64,000 nucleotides of DNA from an uncultured Gemmatimonadales bacterium. Lineage in GTDB: Bacteria > Gemmatimonadota > Gemmatimonadetes > Gemmatimonadales > Gemmatimonadaceae. The position numbers and the translations under genes are program-made. Below the pieces are notes generated by a model that did no database searches, had not been told where the DNA came from, and saw only the letters and a list, made by a program, of their open reading frames with translations. Positions 14,798-25,332 of this stretch are shown piece by piece. Location of the stretch: assembly GCA_963851265.1 (NCBI GenBank), contig CAWKNZ010000005.1:224001-288000 (forward strand). The letters run 5' to 3'. Each line of letters begins with the position of its first letter. The first letter of the stretch is position 1.

Positions 14798-16240
14798 TCA
14801 CCCCGCCGGCGCGACCAGGAACTGCTCGAGCAAGCCCTCGGGCGTCTCGAACGTGGTCACGACCAGCTCGCGCGACGGGAAGACGACGCGAAAGTCGCGG
14901 GCCGTCATCCCGCCACGGAGCGACTGGCTCGTCTGGATCACCGACGTCGGCGCGCCGAGCGGGCCGAGGCTGCCGGCGAGATCGCGGAGCGCCTGGGCGC
15001 TGAAGTAGGCGTTCGCGTTCGGCGTGAAGAGTGCGCGGTCGATTCTCCCCATCTGCAGCCCCTCGAACACCTCGCGCGCGCGGCGAAGGCTCGCCTGAGT
15101 GCCGGTGCCGGCGGTGGTGGCGAGGAGGAGGTGGGCGATCTGCCCGCCGATCGCGCCCGCGGCTGCCGAGGCGTCCTCGTTGGTGAGCACGACCACCGCC
15201 GCACTGTCTTCCGGCAGCACGATGTTCTCCGCGACGAAGCCGGCCACCTCGCCGCTGTGCTCCAGCACGCGGTGCCCGCGTTGGGTGCCGACGAACACCC
15301 CGAGCCCGTAATTGCTGCTCGTCCCGTCGGTGAGCAGCACCGTGCGCGTCATTTCACGATACGAGGCGGGCGCGAGCAGCGACTGGCGGATGATCGACGC
15401 GTCCCACGTCGCGAGGTCGCGTGCGCTCATGGCGAGCTCGCCGGCGGCGAAGATCCACCCGGGGCCCGTGGCGGTCGCCGGCCGGAGCGGCCCGAGTCCG
15501 TAGCGCATGTACCCGACGGGTTCGATCGAGGACGGCCCGCCGGTGTCGAAATCGACGGTCGACGTTAGGCCGAGCGGGTCGAGGATGCGCGTGCGGACGA
15601 ACCGTGCGAACGGGACGCCGCTCGCGCGCTCGACGCAGAGGCCCGCGATCACGTAGTTGGTGTTGCTGTACTGCCAGCGCGTCCCCGGGTCGAAGTCGAG
15701 CGGGCGCTTGGCCCACCGCGTCAGGATCGCCGCCGCGCTCGTCGGCCGCTCCATCTCGGGCGGGACGTAGTCCTGCGGCCAGTAATCCTGGAACCCCGAG
15801 GTGTGTGACAGCAGCTGACGGATCGTGACGTCCTTCCCTCGCGTGAGGCCGGGCGCGCACCGCTCGACCTTGTCGTCGAGCGAGAGCTTGCCCTCCTGTT
15901 GGAGGAGCAGAATCGCGGCCGCCGTGAACTGCTTGCTGATCGATCCGACGCCGTACCGCATCGCCGGCGCGGCCGGCATCCGGGGGGCGACGCGCGCGTC
16001 GCCGTACGCGTGCGCGTAGGCGAGCTGTCCGTGGCGCACGACGGCAACCGACGCACTCGGAACGCCGGTGGTGGCGAGGACGCGGGTAGCGATCGAGTCG
16101 ACGTGGGCCGCGAGCGAGTCGGCGCCCGGGGCCGCCTGCGCGCCGGCCCCTCGCGCGGTGCACAGGGCGGCGACGATCACGCCGGCGGAGCACGCCGCCG
16201 CGCGCGCGGCGTGTGGGGTGTTGAGGGGCGGGGGTCGCAT
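14798..16240 (-). CDS. Exported serine hydrolase, beta-lactamase class C / D-Ala-D-Ala peptidase fold
   Basis: SxxK (GSISKQFT), LLSHTSG, YSNTNY, HSG motifs; N-terminal signal peptide. Confidence 0.88.
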   Translation of the reverse strand: MRPPPLNTPHAARAAACSAGVIVAALCTARGAGAQAAPGADSLAAHVDSIATRVLATTGVPSASVAVVRHGQLAYAHAYGDARVAPRMPAAPAMRYGVGSISKQFTAAAILLLQQEGKLSLDDKVERCAPGLTRGKDVTIRQLLSHTSGFQDYWPQDYVPPEMERPTSAAAILTRWAKRPLDFDPGTRWQYSNTNYVIAGLCVERASGVPFARFVRTRILDPLGLTSTVDFDTGGPSSIEPVGYMRYGLGPLRPATATGPGWIFAAGELAMSARDLATWDASIIRQSLLAPASYREMTRTVLLTDGTSSNYGLGVFVGTQRGHRVLEHSGEVAGFVAENIVLPEDSAAVVVLTNEDASAAAGAIGGQIAHLLLATTAGTGTQASLRRAREVFEGLQMGRIDRALFTPNANAYFSAQALRDLAGSLGPLGAPTSVIQTSQSLRGGMTARDFRVVFPSRELVVTTFETPEGLLEQFLVAPAG

Positions 16241-16438
16241 GCGGGATACGATACGCGTTCGTCACGTCGACGGCGATCCGCGCGCCGCGAGCCGATGGGG
16301 CGCGCCCCGTCGACGGCGCGATTCGCTCGCCGGACCGGTCGGCCGCCGGTCGGTCGACCACCGGTGGGCCGCCGCGCTCGCCGGGGTAGCAGGCACGCTC
16401 CGACCCCCGCGGCACATCGTTCGCCCTACGCGCGCGCG

Positions 16439-19141
16439 ATGACTGCCCCTCCGACCCGACCGCTCGCCGGGCCGCCGTTCACGGCGACCTACCGCCTCCA
16501 GCTCGGCCCGCACCTCGACTTCGACGGCGCGCGCGCGCTCGTCCCGTACGTCCAGCGCCTCGGCGCGTCGCACCTCTATCTCTCGCCCGTTCTCCACTCG
16601 CGGGCGGGCAGCACGCACGGGTACGACGTCGTCGACCCGTCGCACGCCAACCCCGCCCTCGGGGGCGACCGCGCGTTCGACCGCCTTGCCAGGGCCGCGA
16701 CGCGCGCCGGGCTGGGCGTCGTGCTCGACGTGGTGCCCAACCACATGGGCGTGGGCCCCGAGAATCCGTACTGGGACGACGTGCTCGCCCGCGGCGAGGC
16801 GTCGCCGTTCGCGCGCTGGTTCGACGTCGACTGGGACGCGCTCGGCCGCGCGCGGCGGCGCCAGATCGCGCTCCCCGTGCTCGGCGACCCGCTCGAGACC
16901 GTACTCGCGCGCGGCGAGCTCGTCGTGAAGCGCGGGCCCACGGGGCCGCGTGTGTCCTACTACGACCATTCGTTCCCGCTCAGCCCCGAGACCGCCGGCG
17001 CGTTTGCCGGGCGCGGCCCCGCCGCCGTCGACGCCGAGCTGCTCGCCCGCCAGCACTGGCGGCTCGCGCACTGGCGCGACGCGTGGCGCGAACTCAACTA
17101 CCGCCGCTTCTTCGACGTCTCTGATTTGGTAGCGTTGCGCGCCGAAGACCCGGCCGTGTTCGAGGCCACGCACGCGTGGGCGCTCGCGCGCGTGGAGGCG
17201 GGGCAGGTGCACGCGCTCCGCATCGACCACGTGGACGGGCTCCGCGACCCGCTCGGTTACCTGCAGCGCCTGCGCGCGGCGCTCGACGCGCGGCGCCCCG
17301 ACGCGCACGTGCCCGTGCTCGTCGAGAAGATCCTGGTCGGCGACGAGCGGCTGCGCCCCGAGTGGCCCGTCGACGGCACCACCGGCTACGAGGCGCTCGA
17401 CGCGCTGGAGCGCGTGTTCGTCGACGCGGACGGCGCGGCCGCGCTGGAGCGGGCGTACCAGCGGGTGTCGGGCCGCGGTGCCGGGGGCGAGTTCTCGGAA
17501 ATCGCGGTACGCGGCAAGGAGGAGGTGCTGCGCCTGAGCTTCCGCCCGGAGGTGCGGCGCGTCGTGCGCGCGCTCCTCACGGCCGCGCCGCGCGGCGCGG
17601 GCGAGGGGCGGCGTCTGGCCGAGGCGGTGCTGCGCCTCGCCGCCGCGCTCCCCGTGTACCGCACGTACATCGCGGCCGAGCGCGGAGACGGCGCGCTGCC
17701 GGGGCCGCTCGTCACCGAGCCGGCCGACCGCGTCTCGCTCGACTGGGCGACCGCGCGGGCCATCGCGCGGGCTCCGCAGCTGGCCGGCGACATCGGGTAC
17801 GTCGCCGCCGTGCTCGCGGGGGACCTGCCAGCGCCGGGCGCCCCGGCGGTGGCGCGCGTACGGCGCGCAGCCGAGGAGGCCGCGCTGCGGTTCCAGCAGA
17901 CCAGCGGTCCCGCGACGGCGAAGGGGGTCGAGGACACGGCGCTCTACCGTTGGGCGCCGGTCGCGTCGCTGTGTGAGGTCGGGGGCGAGCCCGACGCGCC
18001 GCTGCGGCACGCGACGAGTGCGTGGCACGCCGCGAACGTCGAGCGCCGCGCGGCGACGCCGCTCGCCCTCGTCCCCGTCACCACGCACGACACCAAGCGC
18101 GGTGCCGACGTGCGCGCACGCCTCGACGCGCTGAGCGAGATCGCGCCCGAGTGGGTCGCGCTCGTGTCGAGCTGGCGTCGGCGGCACGCGCCCCTCCGGC
18201 GCTACGCCGAGGTGAGCGGGCGCACGCGCGCGGTGGACGGCGCGATGGAGTGGCTCGTCTACCAGACGCTCGTCGGCGTGTGGCCGGCCGACGGCGGCGC
18301 GTCGGCGCAATCCCCGACGCTCGCCGGGCGCGTGCGCGACTACCTGCAGAAGGCCGCGCGCGAGGCCAAGCTGCGGACGAACTGGACCGACCCCGACGCG
18401 GCGTACGAAGGCGCGCTGTTCGCGTTCGCCGACGCGCTCGTCATGGGCGAGGCGGGAGCGGAGTTTCGCCGTGAGCTCGCCGGCGTGGTCCGCCGCGTCG
18501 CGGCCGCGGGCGCGTGGACCGCGCTGGCGCGCACGCTGCTGCAGGCGGCCGCACCGGGCACGCCCGACGTGTACCAGGGCGACGAGTTGTGGAACCTCGT
18601 GCTCGTCGACCCCGACAACCGGCGTGCGGTCGACTGGCGGCTGCGTGCGGCGCTCCTGACCGACGCCGAGCGCGACGACGATCCGACGGCGTGGTGGGGC
18701 GCGGCGCTCGGCACGGCAGCGCGCGGCGTCGGCGCGCCGAAGCTGCGCCTACTCCACCGCCTGCTCGCGGCGCGGCGGGCCAACCCCGCATTGTTCGGCG
18801 CGGGCGAATACGCGGCCGTCGTCGCGGAGGGGCCCAACGCCGAGCAGGTGGTGGCGCTGCTCCGCACGCACGGCGACGCCGTCGCGCTGGCGGTCGCGCC
18901 GCGGCTCGTTCTGACGCTGCGCCCCGACGGGGGCCCGCCGACCGGCGAGGCGGTGTGGACTGCGACGTCGCTCGCGCTCCCCACCCACCTCGCGGGGCGC
19001 GCGCTGCGGGACGTGGTCACCGGGCGCGTGCACGCCATCGACGCGCGGCCCGCGCCGCGGCTGCGTGTGGCGGATCTTCTGCGCGACGCGCCGGTGGCCC
19101 TTCTGGTGGCCGAGCCCGCCGTGGAACCGATCGCGCGCTGA
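16439..19141 (+). CDS. treY: Malto-oligosyltrehalose synthase TreY
   Basis: ATYRLQ, GSTHGYDVVD, DVVPNHMG, NYRRFFDVSDL, LRIDHVDGL.DP, VEKIL, GTTGYE, AKGVEDTA, THDTKRG.DVRAR, YQGDE, LVDPDNRR. Confidence 0.94.
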   Translation: MTAPPTRPLAGPPFTATYRLQLGPHLDFDGARALVPYVQRLGASHLYLSPVLHSRAGSTHGYDVVDPSHANPALGGDRAFDRLARAATRAGLGVVLDVVPNHMGVGPENPYWDDVLARGEASPFARWFDVDWDALGRARRRQIALPVLGDPLETVLARGELVVKRGPTGPRVSYYDHSFPLSPETAGAFAGRGPAAVDAELLARQHWRLAHWRDAWRELNYRRFFDVSDLVALRAEDPAVFEATHAWALARVEAGQVHALRIDHVDGLRDPLGYLQRLRAALDARRPDAHVPVLVEKILVGDERLRPEWPVDGTTGYEALDALERVFVDADGAAALERAYQRVSGRGAGGEFSEIAVRGKEEVLRLSFRPEVRRVVRALLTAAPRGAGEGRRLAEAVLRLAAALPVYRTYIAAERGDGALPGPLVTEPADRVSLDWATARAIARAPQLAGDIGYVAAVLAGDLPAPGAPAVARVRRAAEEAALRFQQTSGPATAKGVEDTALYRWAPVASLCEVGGEPDAPLRHATSAWHAANVERRAATPLALVPVTTHDTKRGADVRARLDALSEIAPEWVALVSSWRRRHAPLRRYAEVSGRTRAVDGAMEWLVYQTLVGVWPADGGASAQSPTLAGRVRDYLQKAAREAKLRTNWTDPDAAYEGALFAFADALVMGEAGAEFRRELAGVVRRVAAAGAWTALARTLLQAAAPGTPDVYQGDELWNLVLVDPDNRRAVDWRLRAALLTDAERDDDPTAWWGAALGTAARGVGAPKLRLLHRLLAARRANPALFGAGEYAAVVAEGPNAEQVVALLRTHGDAVALAVAPRLVLTLRPDGGPPTGEAVWTATSLALPTHLAGRALRDVVTGRVHAIDARPAPRLRVADLLRDAPVALLVAEPAVEPIAR

Positions 19142-19294
19142 GCGGAACGCCGGCGCGGGGTGCCGCCGGACGGGGGTGTGTCGTCCTTCGACGTACCAGG
19201 CTCGCTAACTTGGGCGGGCCTGGACGTGTCGTGCGTCCTCGCCCGTGCGCCAGGCGCGCGCCTTCCTTCCCCGTCTTCCCGCCCAGAGGTCATC

Positions 19295-21052
19295 ATGGCC
19301 ACGGCGCCACTCACCGTCGCCTATTTCTCGATGGAGGTCTGCCTCGAGCAGGCGCTCCCCACCTACAGCGGCGGGCTCGGCGTGCTCGCCGGCGATACGC
19401 TGCGTTCCGCGGCCGACCTGGCCTTGCCCATGGTCGCCGTCACGCTCGCGCACCGGTGTGGCTACTTCACGCAACACCTCGGCCCCGACGGCCGGCAGAG
19501 CGAGACGTCGGCCGAGTGGGACCCGTCGGAGCGGCTGGCGCGGGTACCGCATTCGGTCACCGTCGAGATCGAGGGCCGGCCGGTGGTGGTCAACGCGTGG
19601 CGCTACGACGTGCGCGGCGTGGGCGGCCACGTCGTGCCGGTGTACCTGCTCGACACGCGCGACGATGCGAACGCCGCGTACGACCGCACGCTCACCGACA
19701 CGCTCTACGGCGGCGACCTGCGCTACCGCCTGTGCCAGGAGGTCGTCCTCGGTGAGGGCGGCGCGGCGCTGCTCGACGCGTTAGGCGTGGGCGCCGACGC
19801 GGGCACCCAGTACCACATCAACGAGGGGCACGCGGCGCTCCTCACGCTGCACCTGCTGGAGCGCCAGCTCAACGGGCGCGGCGCGGCGGAGGCCTCGGTG
19901 GCCGACGTCGAGGCGGTCGCGCGGCGCACCATCTTCACGACGCACACGCCGGTGCCCGCGGGCCACGACAAGTTCCCGGGCGACCTCGCGCGCGGCGTGC
20001 TCGGCGCCAAGGCGAAGCTGATGGACGCGCTCTCGCTGTGGGACCACGGGCAGCTGAACATGACGCGCCTGGCGCTGCGCTGCTCGCGCTACGTCAACGG
20101 CGTGGCGATGCGGCACCAGCAGGTCTCGCAGGAGATGTTCCCGGAGTACCGCATCGAGTCGGTGACCAACGGCGTGCACGCGACCACGTGGGCGGCCGAG
20201 CCGTTCCGGCAGCTGTTCGACAAGCACATCCCCGAGTGGCGGCAGGACAACCTGTACCTGCGGTACGCCGTCGCGCTCCCGACCGAGGAGCTGCGCGAGG
20301 CGCACCGCGCCGCGAAGCAGGCCATGCTCGACGAGGTTCAGCGCCGCACGGGGCAGTCGCTCGATCCGAAGGCCTTCACCATCGGGTTCGCGCGCCGCTC
20401 GGCGACGTACAAGCGCGCGGACCTCGTGTTCTCGGACCTCGACCGGCTGCGGCGGATCGCGCGCGAGACCGGGCCGCTGCAGTTCGTGTTCGCCGGCAAG
20501 GCGCACCCGCGCGACGAGTACGGCAAGGCGCTCATCCGCAACGTGTACGAGGCCGCGCGGCAGCTGGGCGACGCGCTGCGCGTGGTCTACGTCGAGAACT
20601 ACGAGATGACGTTAGGCCACCTGCTCACGTCGGGCGTGGACCTGTGGCTCAACAACCCGCTCCGCCCGCTCGAGGCGAGCGGCACGAGCGGGATGAAGGC
20701 CGCGCTCAACGGCGTGCCGTCGCTGTCCGTGCTCGACGGCTGGTGGGTGGAAGGGTGCGTGGAGGGCGCGACGGGCTGGGCCATCGGCCGCGACGACAAG
20801 GCGCTCGCGGACCCGACCACGGACGTCACGACCGCCTACGCGCGCTCCGACGCCGCGTCGCTCTACGACAAGCTCGAGCAGACCATCGTCCCGCTCTACT
20901 ACGGCATGCCCTATAAGTGGGCCGACGTGATGCGGTCGGCGATCGCGGTGAACGGGTCGTATTTCAACACGCAGCGCATGGTGTGGCAGTACCTGCACAA
21001 CGCCTACCTGCCGGGCGCGGAGCTGGCCGCGCTGCAGCCCGCGACCGCGTGA
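19295..21052 (+). CDS. glgP: Alpha-glucan (glycogen/maltodextrin) phosphorylase, short type
   Basis: AYFSME, YSGGLGVLAGD, HINEGH, FTTHTPVPAGHD, TNGVH, GFARR.ATYKR, AGKAHP, PLP-lysine motif EASGTSGMKA. Confidence 0.93.
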   Translation: MATAPLTVAYFSMEVCLEQALPTYSGGLGVLAGDTLRSAADLALPMVAVTLAHRCGYFTQHLGPDGRQSETSAEWDPSERLARVPHSVTVEIEGRPVVVNAWRYDVRGVGGHVVPVYLLDTRDDANAAYDRTLTDTLYGGDLRYRLCQEVVLGEGGAALLDALGVGADAGTQYHINEGHAALLTLHLLERQLNGRGAAEASVADVEAVARRTIFTTHTPVPAGHDKFPGDLARGVLGAKAKLMDALSLWDHGQLNMTRLALRCSRYVNGVAMRHQQVSQEMFPEYRIESVTNGVHATTWAAEPFRQLFDKHIPEWRQDNLYLRYAVALPTEELREAHRAAKQAMLDEVQRRTGQSLDPKAFTIGFARRSATYKRADLVFSDLDRLRRIARETGPLQFVFAGKAHPRDEYGKALIRNVYEAARQLGDALRVVYVENYEMTLGHLLTSGVDLWLNNPLRPLEASGTSGMKAALNGVPSLSVLDGWWVEGCVEGATGWAIGRDDKALADPTTDVTTAYARSDAASLYDKLEQTIVPLYYGMPYKWADVMRSAIAVNGSYFNTQRMVWQYLHNAYLPGAELAALQPATA

Positions 21053-23076
21053 CCGACGCCGGGGATGGCCCGACGGCGGTGGTCCCGCCGTCGGCCGCCC
21101 CGGCGGCCGCCCCGCCGGGTGAGCCGCTCGGCCGCGTCGTCGCGACGGAGCGGAAGCCGAACACCGCGTTCGAGTTCCACTTCTGGACCGCGCTCGACGC
21201 GCCGGTGGGGATCGGGACCATCGTGCGCGTCGACGCGGGGGTGGCCGTGGGCGGCGTACGGCCCACGATCTACGGGGTGGTGACAGAGGGGTTCGCGTAC
21301 ACCGACCTCCAGAGCCCCCTGCACGACGTGATGGGGCACGACGGCTCGCCGGCGGCGGCGGGCTTCGCGACCACGGCGCGCACCGAGGTGCGGCTCTACA
21401 CCGCCGCGGTGCTGCGCCAGGTGCCCGAGGAGCCGCTGCAGCCGGTGCCGATGGGCGAGGTGTACCTCGCCGGCGACGCCGACGTGGCGGCGGCACTGCG
21501 CATGGACGCGTACCTGGCCGAGGGGTCGCGGACGGCCATTCCGGTCGGGCTGTACCGGTCGGGCGGCACCGAGAGCCCGGTCTACCTCGACGCCGACTTT
21601 CTCCTGGGTCCCGAGGCGGCGCACCTCAACATCACGGGCGTCTCGGGGCTCGCGACCAAGACGAGCGCGGTCGAGTGGCTCATGTCGTCCATCTTCGCGC
21701 ACTTCCCGGCGCAGAAGGGCGCGGTCGCGGCCGTGTGCTTCAACGTGAAGGGGCCCGACCTGCTGTTCCTCGACCAGCCCGCGTCGAAGCTCGACGACAA
21801 CGACCGGGCGATGTACGAGAAGCTGGGCGTCCCGGCCGAGCCGTTCGGCAAGGTGCGCTACTACGCGCCGTACACGGCCAAGGGGTACGCGCTCGCCACG
21901 CTCCGCTCGCACGAAGCGCTGCAGCACAACGTGCGGCCGCTGACGTGGGGGCTCAAGGAGGTCTTCCAGTTCGCGCAGGTCCTGCTCAACAAGGACGACA
22001 TCGACGCGAAGGCCGACGCGCTCATCGACTTCGTCGAGGAGCGCGTGATCGAGCGCGAGTTCACCGACCCGCTGCTGCGCAAGCCGTACCGCGTGACCAC
22101 GTTCGCCGGGCTGGAGGAGTGGTTCCGCGACCTCCTCGTCGCGATCGAAGGGAAGGGCGGCGGCGACACGTGGCGCACCCACCACGTGGCGACCATCCGC
22201 AAGGTGCGCAACCGTCTCGTGAACATCGCGCTCCGCTGCCAGGGGCTCGTCACCGACGGCGGCGAGGCGAGCGACCTGCCGTTCGGGAGCTTCGAGGACC
22301 GCGCGGTGTACGTGGTGGACGTTGCGGGGCTCGAGGAAGACGCGCAGGACCTGATCTTCGCCCGCGTGGTCAGCAAGCTGCGCGAGCACCTCGAACGCCG
22401 CGACCTCGGCGTTCAACACGTCGTCGTCTTCGTCGACGAGTTGAACAAGTACGCCCCGGGCGACGGGCCCGACACGTACGTCCGCAAGATGCTCCTCGAC
22501 ATCGCGGAGCGCGGGCGGTACCTGGGGCTCGTGCTCTTCTCGGCGCAGCAGTTCCGCAGTCAGGTGCACCGGCGCGTGGTGGGGAACTCGGCCACCGCAC
22601 TGTACGGGCGCATGGACGGCGACGAGCTGGCGACGCCGGGCTACGCGGTGCTTTCGCCCGCGGTGAAGACCAAGCTCGCCACGCTCGACAAGGGACAGTT
22701 GATGGTCCGTCACCCGCACTTCACGCAGCCCGTGTTCGTCCGCTTCCCGCGGCCCGCCGTCATGACGGGACGCGAGGGCGTGGAGCGGTACCCGCAGATG
22801 GCGGAAGTCGCGCTGGACGCCGCGGTGACGCGCGCGCTGCGCACGCTCGACCCGAGCATCGCGCTGGCGTGGGTGCAGGAGGTGACCGCGCTCGCCGACG
22901 AGCGCGACGTGCTCGCGGCACGCGACCGCACGCTGGTGGCGCGCCCGGACGACGTGCGGGCCTACTTCCGCGCGCAGCTGCGCCCGGTGGTCGTGGCGCG
23001 GCAGGCGAGCATGCCGGCGGCGTCGCCGGTGCCGGCGGTGCGCGCCATCTCGAACGACGACCCGTACGGGTTCTGA
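21049..23076 (+). CDS. HerA/FtsK-superfamily ATPase with N-terminal HAS-barrel-like region (bacterial HerA type)
   Basis: Variant Walker A HLNITGVSGLATKTS, FNVKG, Walker B VVVFVDELNKYAP, IAERGRYLG..LFSAQQ; GTGA overlap with glgP. Confidence 0.82.
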   Translation: MTDAGDGPTAVVPPSAAPAAAPPGEPLGRVVATERKPNTAFEFHFWTALDAPVGIGTIVRVDAGVAVGGVRPTIYGVVTEGFAYTDLQSPLHDVMGHDGSPAAAGFATTARTEVRLYTAAVLRQVPEEPLQPVPMGEVYLAGDADVAAALRMDAYLAEGSRTAIPVGLYRSGGTESPVYLDADFLLGPEAAHLNITGVSGLATKTSAVEWLMSSIFAHFPAQKGAVAAVCFNVKGPDLLFLDQPASKLDDNDRAMYEKLGVPAEPFGKVRYYAPYTAKGYALATLRSHEALQHNVRPLTWGLKEVFQFAQVLLNKDDIDAKADALIDFVEERVIEREFTDPLLRKPYRVTTFAGLEEWFRDLLVAIEGKGGGDTWRTHHVATIRKVRNRLVNIALRCQGLVTDGGEASDLPFGSFEDRAVYVVDVAGLEEDAQDLIFARVVSKLREHLERRDLGVQHVVVFVDELNKYAPGDGPDTYVRKMLLDIAERGRYLGLVLFSAQQFRSQVHRRVVGNSATALYGRMDGDELATPGYAVLSPAVKTKLATLDKGQLMVRHPHFTQPVFVRFPRPAVMTGREGVERYPQMAEVALDAAVTRALRTLDPSIALAWVQEVTALADERDVLAARDRTLVARPDDVRAYFRAQLRPVVVARQASMPAASPVPAVRAISNDDPYGF

Positions 23077-23083
23077 CCGCGCG

Positions 23084-24013
23084 GTGCGGAGGCGTTGGGT
23101 CGGAACGGTCGCGGCGGGCATCGCGTTAGGCACGACGTTCGCCACGTCGTCGCGCGCGGCCCGCGGCCAGCCGGGGGTGGCTGCTCTCGCGGCGCCGCGG
23201 CCGGCCCCGGTGGCCGCTCCGCGTTCGTCGCGGCCGCGCGGGGTCGCGCTCCGGCTGCGCCCCCGCGTGGGCGACACGGTGCGGACGCGATTCGAGCAGA
23301 CGGTCCGCCTGATGCCGCGCGGCACGGCCGGCTCGGCCGACGTGGTCCCGGCGAGCGCCATGCTCGTGATCGCGCGCTCGATCGTCGAGCGCGTCGACGA
23401 CGCCGGCGCATTTCTGCTGGCGGTCACGGACTCGGTCGCGTTTCGCGCCCCCGGCGCGCCGGCGGCCGCGGTCGAGCGCATGCGGCGCGGGATGCAGGGG
23501 CGCCGCGCCGAGATGCACGTCGCGCCGGACGGCGCACTCGCGGCGAGCGACGGCGTGGCGGGCGGACTGCCCGCGGGGCTGGCAGGCGGGGCCGTCGGCG
23601 TGGTCGCCTCGCTCCGCCTGCCCGGCACGCTCCCGGCGACGGTCGTCGCGCCCGGCGCGCGCTGGCGGCGCGCGATGGCCGTGCCGGCCTGGGGCCCCGC
23701 CGCGGCCCCGCCGCACCTCGACGTCGCCTTCCGGTTCGACTCGATGACCGCCGACGAGTCGCGCGCCTACATCTCACTTCGCGGCCGCGTGCACGGCGCC
23801 GCGACGCCCGAGTCGGACGACGACCTGCTTCCGGGCACGATGGGCGCCGCCGAGCCCGGGCGCGTCGAGGGCGCGCTCGTCGTCGACCTCGCGCGCGGCT
23901 GGGTGGTCGAGTCGTGGGCGACGTTCCGGCTCAACGCCGTCCTGGTGAGCGCGCCCGGCGCGGCGCCCGCGCCGGTGTGGGTGGTCGTCACGCAGCGTCT
24001 CAGGGCCTACTGA
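23084..24013 (+). CDS. Hypothetical exported protein, probably beta-rich
   Basis: Signal-peptide-like N-terminus, high GC3 codon pattern, 7 bp after the HerA stop. Confidence 0.65.
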   Translation: MRRRWVGTVAAGIALGTTFATSSRAARGQPGVAALAAPRPAPVAAPRSSRPRGVALRLRPRVGDTVRTRFEQTVRLMPRGTAGSADVVPASAMLVIARSIVERVDDAGAFLLAVTDSVAFRAPGAPAAAVERMRRGMQGRRAEMHVAPDGALAASDGVAGGLPAGLAGGAVGVVASLRLPGTLPATVVAPGARWRRAMAVPAWGPAAAPPHLDVAFRFDSMTADESRAYISLRGRVHGAATPESDDDLLPGTMGAAEPGRVEGALVVDLARGWVVESWATFRLNAVLVSAPGAAPAPVWVVVTQRLRAY

Positions 24014-24035
24014 GGGTCTACCGCTAAGGGCCTAC
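24002..24035 (+). repeat. Three direct copies of AGGG(C/T)CTAC (24002, 24013, 24027)
   Basis: Read directly; spans the stop codon of the hypothetical gene at a convergent junction. Confidence 0.7.
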
Positions 24036-24054
24036 CGCGTGCGCGGGGCTGCGG

Positions 24055-25224
24055 TCACGCCCGCACCTCGCGCGAGTGCGCCAGGTCGTCCTCGAACATC
24101 GCCGCCATGCGCGCGCCGAGGTCGGCGTCGTCGATCACGGCGTCGAGCTCGAAGTTGATCGCCACGCCTAACGGATTGAAGTCGGTCGACCCGATCCGCG
24201 CGTAGCGCGCGTCCGACACGGTGGTCTTGGCGTGCATCATCTCGCCCTGCCACTCCCAGATGCGCACGCCGTCGCGCAGGAGCCGCGGGTAGTAGCGGCG
24301 CGTGATGGGCAGCACCCACCCGTGGTCGCCGCGCCCCGGGGTGAGCAGCCGCACGTCCACCCCGTCGCGCGCGGCGCCCGTGAGCGCCTCGATCAGCGAC
24401 GGCGACGGCGTGAAGTACGCGTCCGCGATCCAGATCGTGTGCTCGGCTTCGACGGCCACCGTCTCGAGTGCGCGCGTGATCCGGTAGCGCCCCGGCTCGC
24501 CCTGGACGATGCCGATCACGCCGACGGTGTCCCGCTCGGCCGGCGCCCCCGGCGCGTCGCCCGGCGCGACGGTCGGCCGCGACGCCTCGGGGTGCTGCCG
24601 CTTGTACCGCGGCGTGAGCGCCCACATCCGATCGAACGCCTCGGCCATCACCGCCGCGGCCGGCCCGTCGATCTGCACGGCCGTATCGCGCCACGGCCCG
24701 CTACCGGGGCGCCCCGGGTGCTCGCCCACCGCCCACTCGTGCCCGAGGCCCACGCCGCCGGTCACGCCCGACCGCCCATCGACCACGAGCAGCTTGCGGT
24801 GGTCACGCGGCACCACCCCGAACCAGGTCGTGCCCAGTCGGGGCGGGTTGAAGTCGTGCACCTCGACGCCCCCCTCGCGCAACTTGCGGACGAACGTCTT
24901 CGAAATCCCGCGCGAACCTGCCCAATCGTAGAGCACCCGCACCCGCACGCCGCGGCCGGCCGCCTCCATCAGCGCGGGGGCGAACCGCGAGCCGACCGCG
25001 TCGCTGCGGACGATGTAGCTCTCGAGCATCACCTGTTCGCGCGCGCCCGCGATCAGGTCGAGCATCGCGTCGAACGTCGCCGGGCCGTTGCGGAGCAGGG
25101 TCGACACGTTGCCGCCCGAGACGTGCGCGGAGGCGATGCGCCACATGCGGTGGGCGAAGGTGTTCGCGCCGCCCGACGCCGGAGAGGTGCCGGGTCCGTC
25201 GGTCATTCCAGGTGCTTCGGTCAT
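24055..25224 (-). CDS. Phospholipase D-family cardiolipin synthase (ClsB-like, no N-terminal TM)
   Basis: Two HKD motifs (DHRKLLVVDG, MHAKTTVSD), ESYI, WRDT, AYF.P, GSTDF; start codon uncertain. Confidence 0.88.
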   Translation of the reverse strand: MTEAPGMTDGPGTSPASGGANTFAHRMWRIASAHVSGGNVSTLLRNGPATFDAMLDLIAGAREQVMLESYIVRSDAVGSRFAPALMEAAGRGVRVRVLYDWAGSRGISKTFVRKLREGGVEVHDFNPPRLGTTWFGVVPRDHRKLLVVDGRSGVTGGVGLGHEWAVGEHPGRPGSGPWRDTAVQIDGPAAAVMAEAFDRMWALTPRYKRQHPEASRPTVAPGDAPGAPAERDTVGVIGIVQGEPGRYRITRALETVAVEAEHTIWIADAYFTPSPSLIEALTGAARDGVDVRLLTPGRGDHGWVLPITRRYYPRLLRDGVRIWEWQGEMMHAKTTVSDARYARIGSTDFNPLGVAINFELDAVIDDADLGARMAAMFEDDLAHSREVRA

Positions 25225-25332
25225 CAATCGCCCTCCGGCGGTGCTGGCCTTGCGTGAGGTCCGGGTCGCGCCGCGTGGCGGCGCGGGCGGCGACATTCGG
25301 CGCCGCCGGCCTCAACCTTTCGCACGTCCTCT

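Noticed and set aside
14798..16240. Antibiotic-resistance beta-lactamase
   Set aside because: Generic serine-hydrolase family member with a C-terminal extension; nothing specifically indicates AmpC activity.
21049..25224. HerA + PLD as an anti-phage defence pair
   Set aside because: The PLD is on the opposite strand and has two HKD motifs with cardiolipin-synthase context. Codon style matches the core genome and there are no defence-island hallmarks.
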